A stretch of DNA of 53,284 nucleotides from Ruditapes philippinarum (lineage: Eukaryota): contig NW_026860139.1 in NCBI RefSeq assembly GCF_026571515.1, positions 124,001-177,284 on the forward strand, read 5' to 3'. Position numbers and translations under genes: made by a program. Shown one piece after another: positions 27,226 to 40,200 of the stretch. How positions within the stretch are numbered: the stretch's first letter is position 1; each line of letters starts with the position of its first letter. Below the pieces are notes generated by a model, which was not told the origin of the DNA, searched no databases, and saw nothing but the letters and a program-made list of their open reading frames with translations.

Positions 27226-28096
27226 CTATTTCTCTTATTAAGTAGGTATTTAAGATAGAGTGTTGTGAATCTTACAGATTGAATTTATTTTATTATTATA
27301 CATTTTAGTATTTTATTTCTCTTAAATTTCATTAGAATTGTTATACATCAGACTAGTGAATTGTTTTATATATAGACTTTTAGACACATTAGTAGGAATA
27401 TGAAAGCTTAAAATGATAGATTCACAGCATTCCCAATTCATTTATTATAAGTGTGTATAGTATATAATCATATAAGTATGTAAATATGATCTTTTATTAT
27501 ATTTACCTATAGATGTAAGCTTTGCTTACACGTCTCTTATAATTCTATATTGTATATTTATAATACTGATTATATTCCTTGATATAATAGGACTGTCCCA
27601 TTATATAAAATCTGTGACCAAAAGAAAATGTAGATGGTTTAGTTTTAAGGCCAGAACATAATACTTCATAATTACATAGTATTACATTAGCTATATAAAT
27701 GGTGAAGTTCAAAGAACCCGTGACACAGCAGTTACCTGATTTTGTGCTGACGTCAAAGGATTACACTTATCAAGACTGTAGGTCTACAACGAATGTGCTG
27801 AACAGAACTGTATTAAACAACATTGATACCCGGTAAGCATGGAAATGGCATACATGGAAGCAAAAAAGCTACAGCACAGGACAGGTGACAAAATAAATCA
27901 AAGCACAGATGGCGCTGAATTTGTTTGGGTCTCAGAATGTCAGAAAGGTGAAGGTTGTGAGATTATAAACCAATTTGTTTTTGTATAGTGCCACCAATGC
28001 TTTCCAGTGTTTTAACTGTAGTAAATATTGGCTATAAGACTAATTGCAACACTGATAGTCAATTCAATGTTTATTTGACTTAAAAAAAATTTTAAA

Positions 28097-29524
28097 CCAG
28101 AAGGCCATGATGGCCCTGAGGGTGCTCACCTGTATATAGCCCCCCCCCCCCAACGTTGCGGGGCCAATTTAACCCAAGGGCTTTTATTTGCACAAACTTG
28201 GTAGACACCCATAAGAAGATGTTTCATGCTAAACATCTAAGCTGTAGCTCATTGGGCTTTTTAAAAGAAGATTTTTTTAAAGTTTTTACTATACACATAT
28301 AGTTAAAAACAATGACACCCCTGGGGCCGGGCCAGTTTTGACCCCAGGGCTTTTATTTGAACAAACTTTGTAGACACTTACTAGAAGATGTTTCATGCTT
28401 AATATCTTAACTCTAGCTATTTGGGTTTTTCAAAGAAGATTTTTTAAGTTTTTGCTATACACATATAAGGAAAATCAATGACCCCCGGGCCGGGGCGGTG
28501 CCAATTTTGACCCCAGGGCTTTTATTTGAACAAACGTGGTAGACACCTTTTAGAACATGTTTGATGCTAAATATCTTAGCCATAGCTCTTTGAGTTCTTT
28601 AAAAAAAGATTTTTTAAGTTTTTACTATATGCATATAGGAAAAATCAATGACCCCCGGGGCGGGGCCAATTTTGACCCCAGGGCTTTTATTTGAACAAAC
28701 TTGGTAGACATTTATTAGAACAAGTTTCATGCTAAATATCTTAGCTCTAACTCTTTTGGTTCTTTAAAAGAAGATTTTTTAAGTTTTTACTATATGCATA
28801 TAGGGAAAATCAATGACCCCCTGGGGCGGGGCCAATTTTGACCCCAGGGCTTTTATTTGAACAAACTTGGTAGACACCTATTAGAACATGTTTGATGCTC
28901 AATATCTTAGCCATAGCTCTTTGAGTTCTTTAAAAGAAGATTTTTTAAGTTTTTACTATATGCATATAGGGAAAATCAATGACCCCCCGGGGCGGGGCCA
29001 ATTTTGACCCCAGGGCTTTTATTTGAACAAACTTGGTAGACACCCTTTAGAACATGATTCATGCTAAATATCTTAGCTCTAGCTCTTTGGGTTCTTTAAA
29101 AGAAGATTTTTTAAGTTTTTACTATATGCATATAGGGAAAATCAATGACCCCCTGGGGCGGGGCCAATTTTGACCCCAGGGCTTTTATTTGAACAAACTT
29201 GGTAGACACTCACTAGAAGATGTTTCATGCCAAATATCTTAGCTCTAGCTCTTATGGTTTTTTAAAAGAAGATATTTAAAGTTTTTTCTTTCGGTTGCCA
29301 TGGCAACCAGAGTTCTGCATGGAATTAAATTCTTTGAACAATTTTTAAAGGTGACCACCAAAGGAACATTCCTGTGAAGTTTGGATGAAATTGGCTTAGT
29401 GGTTTATGAGGAGATGTCATTTAAAGTAAAAGTTTACGGACGGACGCCGGACGGACGACGGACGGACGCCGGACGAAAAGCGATCACAAAAGCTCACCCT
29501 GTCACTTTTTGACAGGTGAGCTAA
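28097..29524 (+). mobile_element. HINE/Helentron-like element with ~166-bp tandem core (7 units)
   Basis: 5' subterminal gctcacctg inverted with 3' caggtgagc; 3' hairpin agctcaccctgtca..tgacaggtgagct (29491-29522); GGAC microsatellite; A-rich flanks. Confidence 0.85.
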
Positions 29525-30317
29525 AAACAGGTTGCCTCAACTGGGATTTCAACTCCAGATCTCTCGATTCATAAACGAGCGTGCAAACCCCTCGGCCACG
29601 GTAAAGTTATATGTTAACGGCCTGAAGAAAAAACATATTATTCTAAATTAGGGTTTGCATGTAACTCTTATAATTTTGACGCTAAACCTGTTGTTAACAC
29701 AGATGTAAATAATCATGGAGCTTACTGTAAGCATGTATATCTATAAAGAATGAAACAACATTAGAAATCTTCGACCATTCGGGAACTACTTTGCTTGAAA
29801 ATTAATGCGCCTGTCATTTGAAAATCTTTACGCATTGATCTCCCCTGAATATTTTGGCGTAAGTGAACATATAAAGGGAAGTAACCGCTTCAAAAAAGTG
29901 GACTTCTTTAGGCATTTGCAATTAACAGCATTAGGCTCTGAAATTTCGCTACCATTATTTGTTTGGTCTGACGACCCAAACAAATAAAAACAACCAATCT
30001 CCATCAGTATGGTATTGTATGACCTTTATGGGACCAGGAGTTTCCATTCTGGCCAGCAATTTATGTCTGCTACCCGACCATTAACAGATGACTACCCAAA
30101 CCAAAATGTTTGCTTGTTGTAAGCTTGCGAAAACATTGTGAAATTGCCTAGAAATGCTTTCCTAAAGCTTGCTACAAGCTTGTGCAAGTTTAGTACCAAA
30201 TTTTGCAGAAACAGTACAAATTTGTGACATTTTTACTGCAAGCTTGGCAAGCTTTTAGTATAAATTGGACTTATACATATACTTATCATGGTGTTTATGT
30301 CACTCATCATTTTGTTA

Positions 30318-31578
30318 TTAGCTCGACTATTCGAAGAATATGAGAGCTATTGTAGTCGCCCCTGCGTCGGCGTCGGCGTCAGCGTCGGCGTTGGTTAAAG
30401 TTTTTTGTAAAGTCAAATATCTCAATTATTACTCGAGATTATCAATTGAAACTTACAATACTTATTTATAGTAACAAGGTACATCAGATAGACAAGTTGG
30501 ATAACTCTGCCTACAATATTGACAGAATTATGCCCCTTTTCAACTTAGAAATTTTGGTTAAAGTTTTTTGTAAAGTCAAATATCTCAATTATTGCTTGAG
30601 ATATTCAATTGAAACTTACAATACTTATTTATAGTAACAAAGTACATCAGATTGACAAGTTGGATAACTCTGCCTACAATATTGACAGAATTATGCCCCT
30701 TTGGAACTTAGAAATTTTGGTTAAAGTTTTTTTGTAAAGTCAAATATCTCAATTATTGCTCGAGATATTCTATTGAAATTTAAAACACTCTTTTATAGTA
30801 ACAATGTACATCAGTTTGCAAAATTGCATAACTCTGCCTGCAATATTTGCAGAATTGTTTGCCCCTTTGAAACTTAGAAATTTTGGTTAAAGGTCTTCAA
30901 AGATATTTACTACTTTACACATGCACTTAGGGTCATAATTGGAGGGTCATAATTGTATGTCACTGACCAAGTTCCATAACTCTATCTTGCATTAAGGCTG
31001 ATTCATATCCCCTTTTCTACTTAGTCTCTTGGTAAATGTTTACATGCAAGTTTTACATATCTCAATAACTATTAAAGATGTTTATTTAAAACTTCACATA
31101 TGCATTTAGGGTCATAATTGTAGGTCACTGACAAAGATCCATAATTCTATCTTGCATTTAGGCTGATTTTTCTCCCCTTTTTCAACTTAGAAATTCATGG
31201 TAAAGTTTTGCTTGTAAGCTGTTATCTCAATAACTACTGAAGGGTTTGTGCCTTTTTTGGGACAATTTTGTGCATTCATAATAATAAAGCAGTGATTTAC
31301 TTGATAAAACATCTTAATAACAAGCCTTTGAACCTTTTCTGTCAAATTTATGTATTCATAGGTAATTAGTATTATTATACTCAATAAAACACCCTTGTGA
31401 CATTACCTTCTGAATAGTCAAGCCAATACTGTATAATTAGACTCTCTCTAAGGCCTATAACATGAATTTATAAAAAATTAGCCCTTTTGTGAACTTAAAA
31501 AATTTAACATTATCAAGGCTCTTTTACTATCAAGCACTTAGAATAGTTGAGCATGCTGTCCTACAGACAGCTCTTGTT
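30318..31578 (-). mobile_element. HINE/Helentron-like element, termini related to 16239-17310, 163-bp core repeats
   Basis: ttagctcgactattcgaagaat..gagcta hairpin; (GGCGTC)n tract; 163-bp repeats at 30393, 30556 and 30719; ends gctgtcctacagacagctcttgtt. Confidence 0.8.
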
Positions 31579-34500
31579 TGTATTAAATTTTGTAAAAATG
31601 TTTCAACTACATTGTATATGTTTGAATTTTTAACTTGTACCTATCAAAATAAGCTTTTAAAGATTACACAGTTTTATCACATACCTCATATCTGCAACAG
31701 TTAACCTCAATGTGCTAATCCATCAAACTTGTAAAACAATGGCATTAAGGCCTGAAGATAATCTAGTATAATCATGCCATCACCAGCTGCTATAAATTGA
31801 ACCATTTCAACTATCTCCTGATTAACAAACTTTATGAACATTATAATATCAAAATGTTCAGGGTTTTTTTTCCAGGATTTTGGGAACATGACCCATACCC
31901 ATGGAATAAGTAATTTCAGCGATGTTTTGTTAAACATTGGGGTAAAAATGCATGACTTAATTTTGCAGTGATTAAATGAATGCAAGGCTCACTGTCTAGG
32001 ATGGGATCTTCAAACATTTAAGCACCATTACAGTGAAGAAGCCCTTATTTTAAAAGGTTGAAGAAGCCCTTATTTTAAAAGGTTTTAGAATTTGTAATTC
32101 AATAAATTTATCTTGTAACATTTAATTGGGAATTTTTTTCCTGTGGATTAGGAAAATAATATACTAGATCTATTTTCAATTGGGAAAATGACCAAATATC
32201 AAGCTAAAAAAAATCCCTGATACATACTATAACAGATTCCTACCTGTCATTCACCAACAACTTCATGTACATAGAATATGTTTCACAAAATCTTTATATC
32301 ATTGAATTAAACAAAAAAGTGAACATGATAAAATGAGATGTTAAAAACCAAATAACTTGTAGGAAAATAAATTAAATAAATGTTGTAGTAATCATTTTAA
32401 TACTGTAGGTAATTATTCTTCCTAGATTGTACAAGCAAATGAATCCTTCGACATGGGTTTACTAAATTTCAATCATTACAAGAATAAGTTTTGGATAAAT
32501 AAAATAAATCTGAGATATATGCAATTCATCAGTTAGTATTTTGTAGAAAAAATCTCATTAAAATTTCAGCAAGGCCACGCACATCAGCATGTGTCATTTT
32601 CAAGTGTCACAGCAACTGAAAACATGGGTGTCATGTGCATTCTTCTATCCAGCCAACAACATGAATTATCTTCAAGATTAGTCCAACTGAGACTATAAAA
32701 AATGTCTATACTATTAAAAAACTTTTCACTAACAAGATACTTGTGTCAGGTTTCTTTTGTCATATTAGATGTTTCTGAAGGTGACTACCCTAACTGTTGA
32801 AAAAAATGTGTCTCCTGATATAAATATTCATACATGTACTATAATGCAACATAATAATGATATACTTATGATAATAAAACTACTTTAGGAAGTGCAATAC
32901 ATCAGTAATATTAAAATCTTAATGGTCAATCATATAATGCACGGAGAACTTACATACATGTAAATAAATTAATAAATACATGTATCAAAAATTCAAATAT
33001 ATAATGTTTATAATAAATATTGAAATATAGTTGTTTTCCTTCTAATACTACATGTCCAAAAATATTGCCAAATTAAATTAGATATTATTTATCTCATGAA
33101 AGCTGCCATTAAGAATTACCTTAGCAGTTAATTATACTAGGAGAGGAGATAAATTATTTAGTTATTGAATGTTGAATGCAAAATCTCCCTTAATACAAGT
33201 TTATATCTTTTGTTGTCTAGTGACTGTGTTTTCACTATGTTAGAAAAAAAAGCTAGCCTTTCAAAAACAAAAATTTTTAAGTGAAAGAATAAATTTTGAC
33301 CTACCTATCCAACCTGACCCTTTCTGGTATCATGGTTTTTTGGAGGTAAAACAAATGCATTTTAAAGGGTGGCCTTCACTAATTCATCAATTACATAAAA
33401 GCTGTCAATTTTTGACAGTGTACTATTCAACTTCGATACAAAATCAGCATAAATCACAACATGCCACTTGTGAAAATGAAAATAACAGCATATTGATTAT
33501 TACATGTTTCAAGGTGGTGCTGTTTTTTTTTTGTTTTTTTTGTTTTTTTTTAAATTAAGTTCTACTGTAGTTCTCAGGCTTCCATAACTTTATATGTTGC
33601 TTTTATTTTGACGTTGTGCGACAGTAAACAGTACTATAAAACCTGTTCACAGAAGTCTCTTTAGCTAAACCATATCTTGGTTGGTATGGGAAATATTTAG
33701 GTTTTTTAAAATGCTATACTTATATACAATATTCTAGTCTTTTCAAAGAGACACCAAGATAATTTTGGATGGGCGATGTCTATATATCTATGAATGGTGA
33801 AGTGTTCAACAAATTGACAATTGTTTGTTAAAAAATCATGATACCATAGCATGCCATTCCGTTGATCATGTTACTGTTTTATGTTATTTGCCAGATGCCC
33901 TACTTAGGTTGACTTTTAGTTGAAAATTATTTGCAACAAAAGTCTCCAGAGGTTGTCATGAAAATAAGAAGTTAGCATCATCTTAGAAAAAAGTATCAAA
34001 TGCCATATAAATAACGTGTGCGTGATATTATGTTCATTATGTGTATGAAAACATATTAAATTTAAACTTTACATACCTGAGTTTATACCTGTTTGTTTAT
34101 TAAAGGGATCAGTTAGTGAATGTTAAATTAAGAATATTTTTACTGCATCATTAATCCATAATAAAATGCTATTAATTAGTACGACGAGATAAAATTATAC
34201 TGTTTTAATATTTAAAATCAAACGTTAAATTATAAATGTACGTTCAAATTTTAAACAACTAATTGCTACTCCCTTTGCATGGAATTTTTGCGGGAACCAG
34301 GCTGATATCTGCATCCGGGTACGAAATTTCGTCCTTGCTATGAAACTAGTGTGAGCTCAACAGTGCTCAAAAGGTATAGCGACTCTCAGTATCTATGCTT
34401 TTAAAGTTGAACTTTGATTCATTTGAATGAAATTGATTCATTTGAATTTAAATGAAATTCAAAATGAATGTCTTTATAAAAATACTTCGCCTTTGTTTTA

Positions 34501-34786
34501 TGGGGTAGAAAAAGTTATTGTTTTTGAGTTTTATGTACACAAAACTAAACGTAACTTAACTGTCAAAATGTAGATCTAATCAAATTATTCAAAGTGCAAT
34601 CAGAAAGGAACATGTTTAAAGCTGCACACCTTCAGATGAGCTATTGTGGCTCAGATTCTGTAAAATTTGTATATTACCCAATGACAGAGAAACAAAATTT
34701 CACATTGTCTGATTGTTCTTTATATTATTAATTATTTATTCAAATATCATTAGGCCTACTTTACTAAAATCAGGTGTTTTGCTTTT

Positions 34787-35269
34787 GGAAGTGGCTAGCT
34801 GTACGGGCCCGTACGGCTAGCCAAAAGTTCTAGCCGTACGTGAGTCACGTACGACTAGCCAGGACACACTGTATTGGCTAGCCGTACGGCACTTTTCAAA
34901 AATATATGGAAGGCGGAAAGCATATGTTATTTTATGACTTTAAGCGACGATTTTAGTCAAGAAGCATGAAAATCAAGGACGTTATAACATGCAACTTTGA
35001 CACTTATTAAGATTATACAACGCTTGTTCGTATTCATTTTTTTTTTTTGCAAAACGGCGTAGCATCTTTATTAAAGTGAACACACTAGGACAAATGCGGA
35101 GATTTGATTAAAATCGGCGTTTAACATGTTTAAAGACACAAAATAACATATGCATTTTCGACTTCAATATAATTTTGAAAAGTGCCGTACGGCTAGCCAA
35201 TACAGTGTGTCCAGGCTAGTGGCTAGAACTTTTGGCTAGCCGTACGGGCCCGTACGGCTAGCCACTTCC
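34787..35269. mobile_element. Mutator/MULE-type MITE (483 bp)
   Basis: ~100-bp TIRs (ggaagtggctagc.gtacgggcccgtacggctagcc..); 9-bp duplication tttgctttt at 34778-34786 and 35270-35278. Confidence 0.85.
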
Positions 35270-36337
35270 TTTGCTTTTAAAGCCATTACTTTGGGAAAAA
35301 TACCGAAGCTCAGTGTTTGAAGTTTTGCATTGTAAAATTGCTTAATTGTGAAAAATATTTGGTACCACAAGAAACATCCTTACACTCAAATTATGTGCTG
35401 CATTGTTCATACCAATACAAATGTCACATATGGAGCGTAACAAATACAATAATATAGTGCCAATAATTTGTCAGGAAACATCTGCCTGTTACAATACCAG
35501 AATGAACTTAAGCAAATTTGTCTGTTTTGTTATTGGGAATTTCAAATCTGTTAGGATTTTTTTTAAAGATTGGGAAAAAATAATAAGCATTTTTAATTGG
35601 GAATTGTTCTTATAATCTGACCAGTGATGAGACTGGGATAAGGCATGAAAACGAGTTAAAGTTACACTGCAGTATTCCCATACTCGTTCAGTTTTTTATT
35701 TAATATATATTAAATGTTATACAGTTTTAGGTGGGAAATATAGGACTCTATTGACACATTGAAAGCCAAAAAGTATTTTTGAAATCCTATGAATTGAAAA
35801 TAGGAAATTTTAAATGCAAAACAAATCCGTTATGTTAAAAATGAAAGTTTAAATATGAAGGAGCATAGTTAGGATATGTTGCCTGCTTTTTAACTTTTTG
35901 CCATCTTATCTGTGATATGATGCATGCTACATAGCATCTGATCCCCTTTCAAAATTCCGTTTTGTTCAGTTCCGCCCATAATGTTTTCTCGTTAAGGGCA
36001 CACGCTTTCTATTACTTGGGGACGATACGCAGCTTTTCATGGAATGACACTTAGCACTTGTCACATTGAAGGGTCCAATTGATAACAGCTGCATGAACAC
36101 ATCTGTAGATGTTTTGAAATTCAAAATTACACTATTTTCATGTTTAAATATTGAAATCTGTTTGGGCTGGTGTGAGGGGGCATGGACAATAGTTTGCACT
36201 TGATAGTACTGTCCATGAACAGGCTCAATCAAATTGTGCCTGCAACATTTTCAATTTTGCTACTTTGGACTTTATTTTCTCTATATAACAAATCTAAATA
36301 AGGGTCATTTATGATTTTATATCTTAATTGATGATAA

Positions 36338-37185
36338 GGGTAGCAGTGGCCTAGTGGTTAAGGTGTCTGCCTCTCAACCCAGGGATCAAGGGTTTAAGCC
36401 CTAAGGGGGCAGGGGACATATCCGAATGATGGCCCCGGTCAAATTTTTTAATAACTCAGACATGGTGTTTTGAAGGTACTGGAAACTTCTGATATTTCTC
36501 TGTCATTGTAATTCTTTCTTGTTTGTGTGTAGGAAATGAGAAGTATTTTTGGGTTTTTACCCGAAACTAAGCATTTTGGTAGCTTTGTATGTATTTCTGA
36601 CTCCAAGTGGAGGTGAAAAAGTTAAAAATCAAGCTTTGACAGTTGGCGCCAAACAAGTAAGAAATTTCAGATAAATTTTGTGAAAAATCTAAACGTATGA
36701 CAGACACTTTATTGGTCATTTCTGAAAATGCCATAGCTTGAACTGCGTGTTACTGATATATTTAAAGGAATCGGGCGGATTCTGGAGTATGCTGCATCTT
36801 CATGAAGATTGCCCATATTGGTATATTTTAGGTGTGATTTTGGGTGGGTGGGGGTAAATATAAATTGCTGTCAGTCATTTTTTGAAGGAGCAATGCATGC
36901 AAACTATTATTTTCTTCAATGTATGTCATATATCCTTGAATAATGCTGTGCAACTGGTTATCTGCCTGCGAAACAGATTTTGAAATATTTGGAATTGTGT
37001 TTCTGGTCACACTGAAATACAAAATTGTTCATTTTTAGGTCCCCTGCCCCCTAAAGGGTCACAACCATGTTATTTCATATAACACCAGTACTTGTTGGTT
37101 ACCAGGAAATTGTACTCAAAAGTGATTAGAATAAGTTGCAAGAACTTGTTTCTCAATTGAGCTTTATAAATAAATATGTTTAAAC
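36338..37185 (+). mobile_element. tRNA-derived SINE (family A), split by the Harbinger-type MITE
   Basis: gtggcctagtggttaaggtgtctgcctctcaacccagggat (head) and gggtcacaaccatg..acaccagtac (body, after 37054). Confidence 0.75.
36405..37051. mobile_element. PIF/Harbinger-type MITE (647 bp) inserted in a SINE
   Basis: TIR GGGGGCAGGGGAC..GTCCCCTGCCCCC; TAA duplication (36402-36404, 37052-37054); the flanks rejoin into the SINE seen uninterrupted at 3181-3385. Confidence 0.85.
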
Positions 37186-37221
37186 CAAATGATGATAAAA
37201 AGTTTCGTTCACAGAATCTAA

Positions 37222-40200
37222 ATGAGTGGTGTAGTGAAGAAACTTCAGTATCTGGAGTTTCCAGAATGTACAAAAGAAGCCCTCAACTACTTAGTGAGGA
37301 CATGTGCCTCAGATCCCCACAGGGGTGTTCCAGGAAGGTCCTCTGGTGGTGAAAATGTTGCATCTGTGGTTGCACAAGATTACATTATTGAAATTTCAAG
37401 AAAGAAAGGCCATAAAAATAGGGTAAGTTAACCAATTTGATTTAGGTCAATTTAACTCTCTTAATTAACCAGGTTTTCAATTTTGAAAATCCTGGTTATT
37501 AGATTGGGGTATGGCGGGCGGATGGGCGGATGGGCGGCTGGGCGGATGGGCGGATGGGCGGGCGTCAAACGAAATTGTGTCCGCTCTGTAACTCTTCAAC
37601 CCTTTGAAGAATTTTGATGAAACTTCAGACAAATGTTTACCACATCAAGATGACGTGCAGAACGCATGTTCCGCATGGCTGGCTCCAAGGTCAAGGTCAC
37701 AGTGACATTAACATTGAAAATCCTGTCCGCTCTGTAACTCTTCAACCCTTTGAAGAATTTTGATGAAACTTCAGACAAATGTTTACCACATCAAGATGAC
37801 GTGCAGAACGCATGTTCCGCATGGCTGGCTCCAAGGTCAAGGTCACAGTGACATTAACATTGAAAATCCTGTTTACATGATTTTAACTTGATTTGGCAGT
37901 CAAAGGTCATATCATCTTTGGAGGTAATTTAAAAAAGATATGATATATTATTTCATGTCTACTTTGTAACTTGTTTTTCATTATACAGAATTATCAATAT
38001 AATTATAGTGAACAAATTCTTCTGTGCTGAACTCGTCCTACATTTCTCAACGGATTTTGTTCAAACTTTCACAGAAGCTTTGTCATCAAGCACCCTGGCA
38101 CATATTGTCGGGGTTTTGTGATTGGATAGTTTTTGACCTAATTATGGCCCTTTGTTTTTTTCCTTATACATAATATTATAGTGAACACTTCTTCAGTGGC
38201 AATTCCTCCTACATTATTCATGTTTTACATTGCACATAGTTACATTGTTTGTTGCTTGTATTTGTATTTCAAATACAACATATTTATCTACAATGGTGAT
38301 AATTGAAAACCTGGTTTCATGGCATTGCCATGTTTCTTGTTTTTTTTTATGAAGTGATATAGACATTTTTCATGCTTCAAATCTTGAAAGTTGCTCTGTA
38401 TTAATCATTGTAAATTATTAACAGTACACTGAAAAAATGGTTTAATGTTGGTGTATAGATCTAGGTAAACATTGTAGTAAGTAGACTTATCTTTGATACT
38501 ATCGCACACATTCTGTAGAAGTTAATTAAGAACTTTATTCCTTTTTTTAAAAATTTAAGATATTTGTCATGTTCATTGCCTGATTGACACCTACAAAAGT
38601 TATATAAATCATGGTCCATTTATATAAATCATTTAGGTCCAAAATAGCCCACCCTTGGAGTTGATTAGATTATAGAGACTTGTATAATATATATATCTTA
38701 AAATCTTCTCCTAAAACTAAAATGCCCAAAAGCAAAGTTATTTAGAAAATAACATCACAAAACTAGTATTACTAGTAAATTTTGATCCTATAATAAGAAT
38801 GTGTGATCCCATCTTGCATAACAGAGTTGCGGCCGGTTAAGTGGCAGGTTGTTTTAAATTTATAATCTGATTTACTTCTTTCAGAAACTGAATTCAGTTA
38901 ATGAACTTCAACTTCTTGAGATGTTATGTTCAGCTTTACAAGAGGCTCCAGAACATGCTTGTTACAGTGTATTCACTGCCATATTTGGTGGCCATGTTGA
39001 CCCAGTTAAAATCAGTCTTATGACCAAACTGGTATCCATGGCAATATCTATCAGCTGCAGTCCTGTGCTCGGATGTGCTGCCTTATGGATGCAGGTTAAT
39101 ATTTTCAGAGTTTAAATCTTTAGAACTTATTTTCTACATGTATCTTGTGTTAAACATTTAGTTAAAGTTACTATACTGTACTTACCTGATTTCTTTTCTG
39201 TTTACTGATATGATATGGAAGGTTGATAGCTGTGTTCTTAGAGATATTTGTAGGGTATCATCTTTGAGTGTAAATTTTTCAATCTCTGACTAATTCTTAA
39301 TACCTTTCATCTTGATATCCCCAAAATAAATAATGGACAGCTACATAAATGTATAAAATGTTTTTAATCTCCCAACAGGAGCAGGGAAGTCAGAGTCAGT
39401 GTGTTTGTGATTTGGCCCAGAAATTGGTAGATGACTACTGCATGTTGTATCCAAATGTTAGCAAGGCATTCAAGAACCTGCCTAAAGTATCATCATTGTT
39501 TACATGCAATTTTATGACAGCCCTGACAACTATCTACCCTTATACAGGTATGTTAAAACTTGCTTGTTTGAAGATATACTATAATGTCCCTTTAATTAAA
39601 AGTTATTTTTTCTCTTTGTGAAAATTGTTTCCCTGTTTGATATTTTCATGAATATATATTTATATTACCATCTGTTTACTATGCCCAGGAAAACCGATTT
39701 TGTATGGTTCTGTGTTAATTTTAATCAATTATTTATTTCTTAAACTTTGTACAAAATGTAGTCAGCCCCCCCCCCCCCCCCCCAGTAGTGAGAGAATCAG
39801 ATTAGAAATCACTAGTTTGAACCTCATGTGTCACGAATGTAGGACAAAACCCCACACCTCAAAACCCCACACCTCAAAATTTTATGGAGTAGACAAAACC
39901 CCACACCTTCAATTTTATAGAGTGGATATAACCCCAAACCTTCTAATTATTTGTTATAAAACCATACAATTCATATGATTTTGATCTTGTTAGAAAAGAA
40001 TAAATAGAATAATTACACAAGTTTGATATAGTTACTTTAATTATTTTACATAGTTCCTTTGATCATGATAATTATAATGGTATATTATATTTTATTAATA
40101 TATAATACAATATGATTAAATAATAATAGACTATACAAATATTACAAACTGTTAAATAAAAATCAAAGGATAAGCATTCAAATATTACAAATGTTATATA

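Noticed and set aside
31859-32219. CAGGG..CCCTG hAT-like termini
   Set aside because: TIRs are short and low-complexity, and no 8-bp TSD was found.
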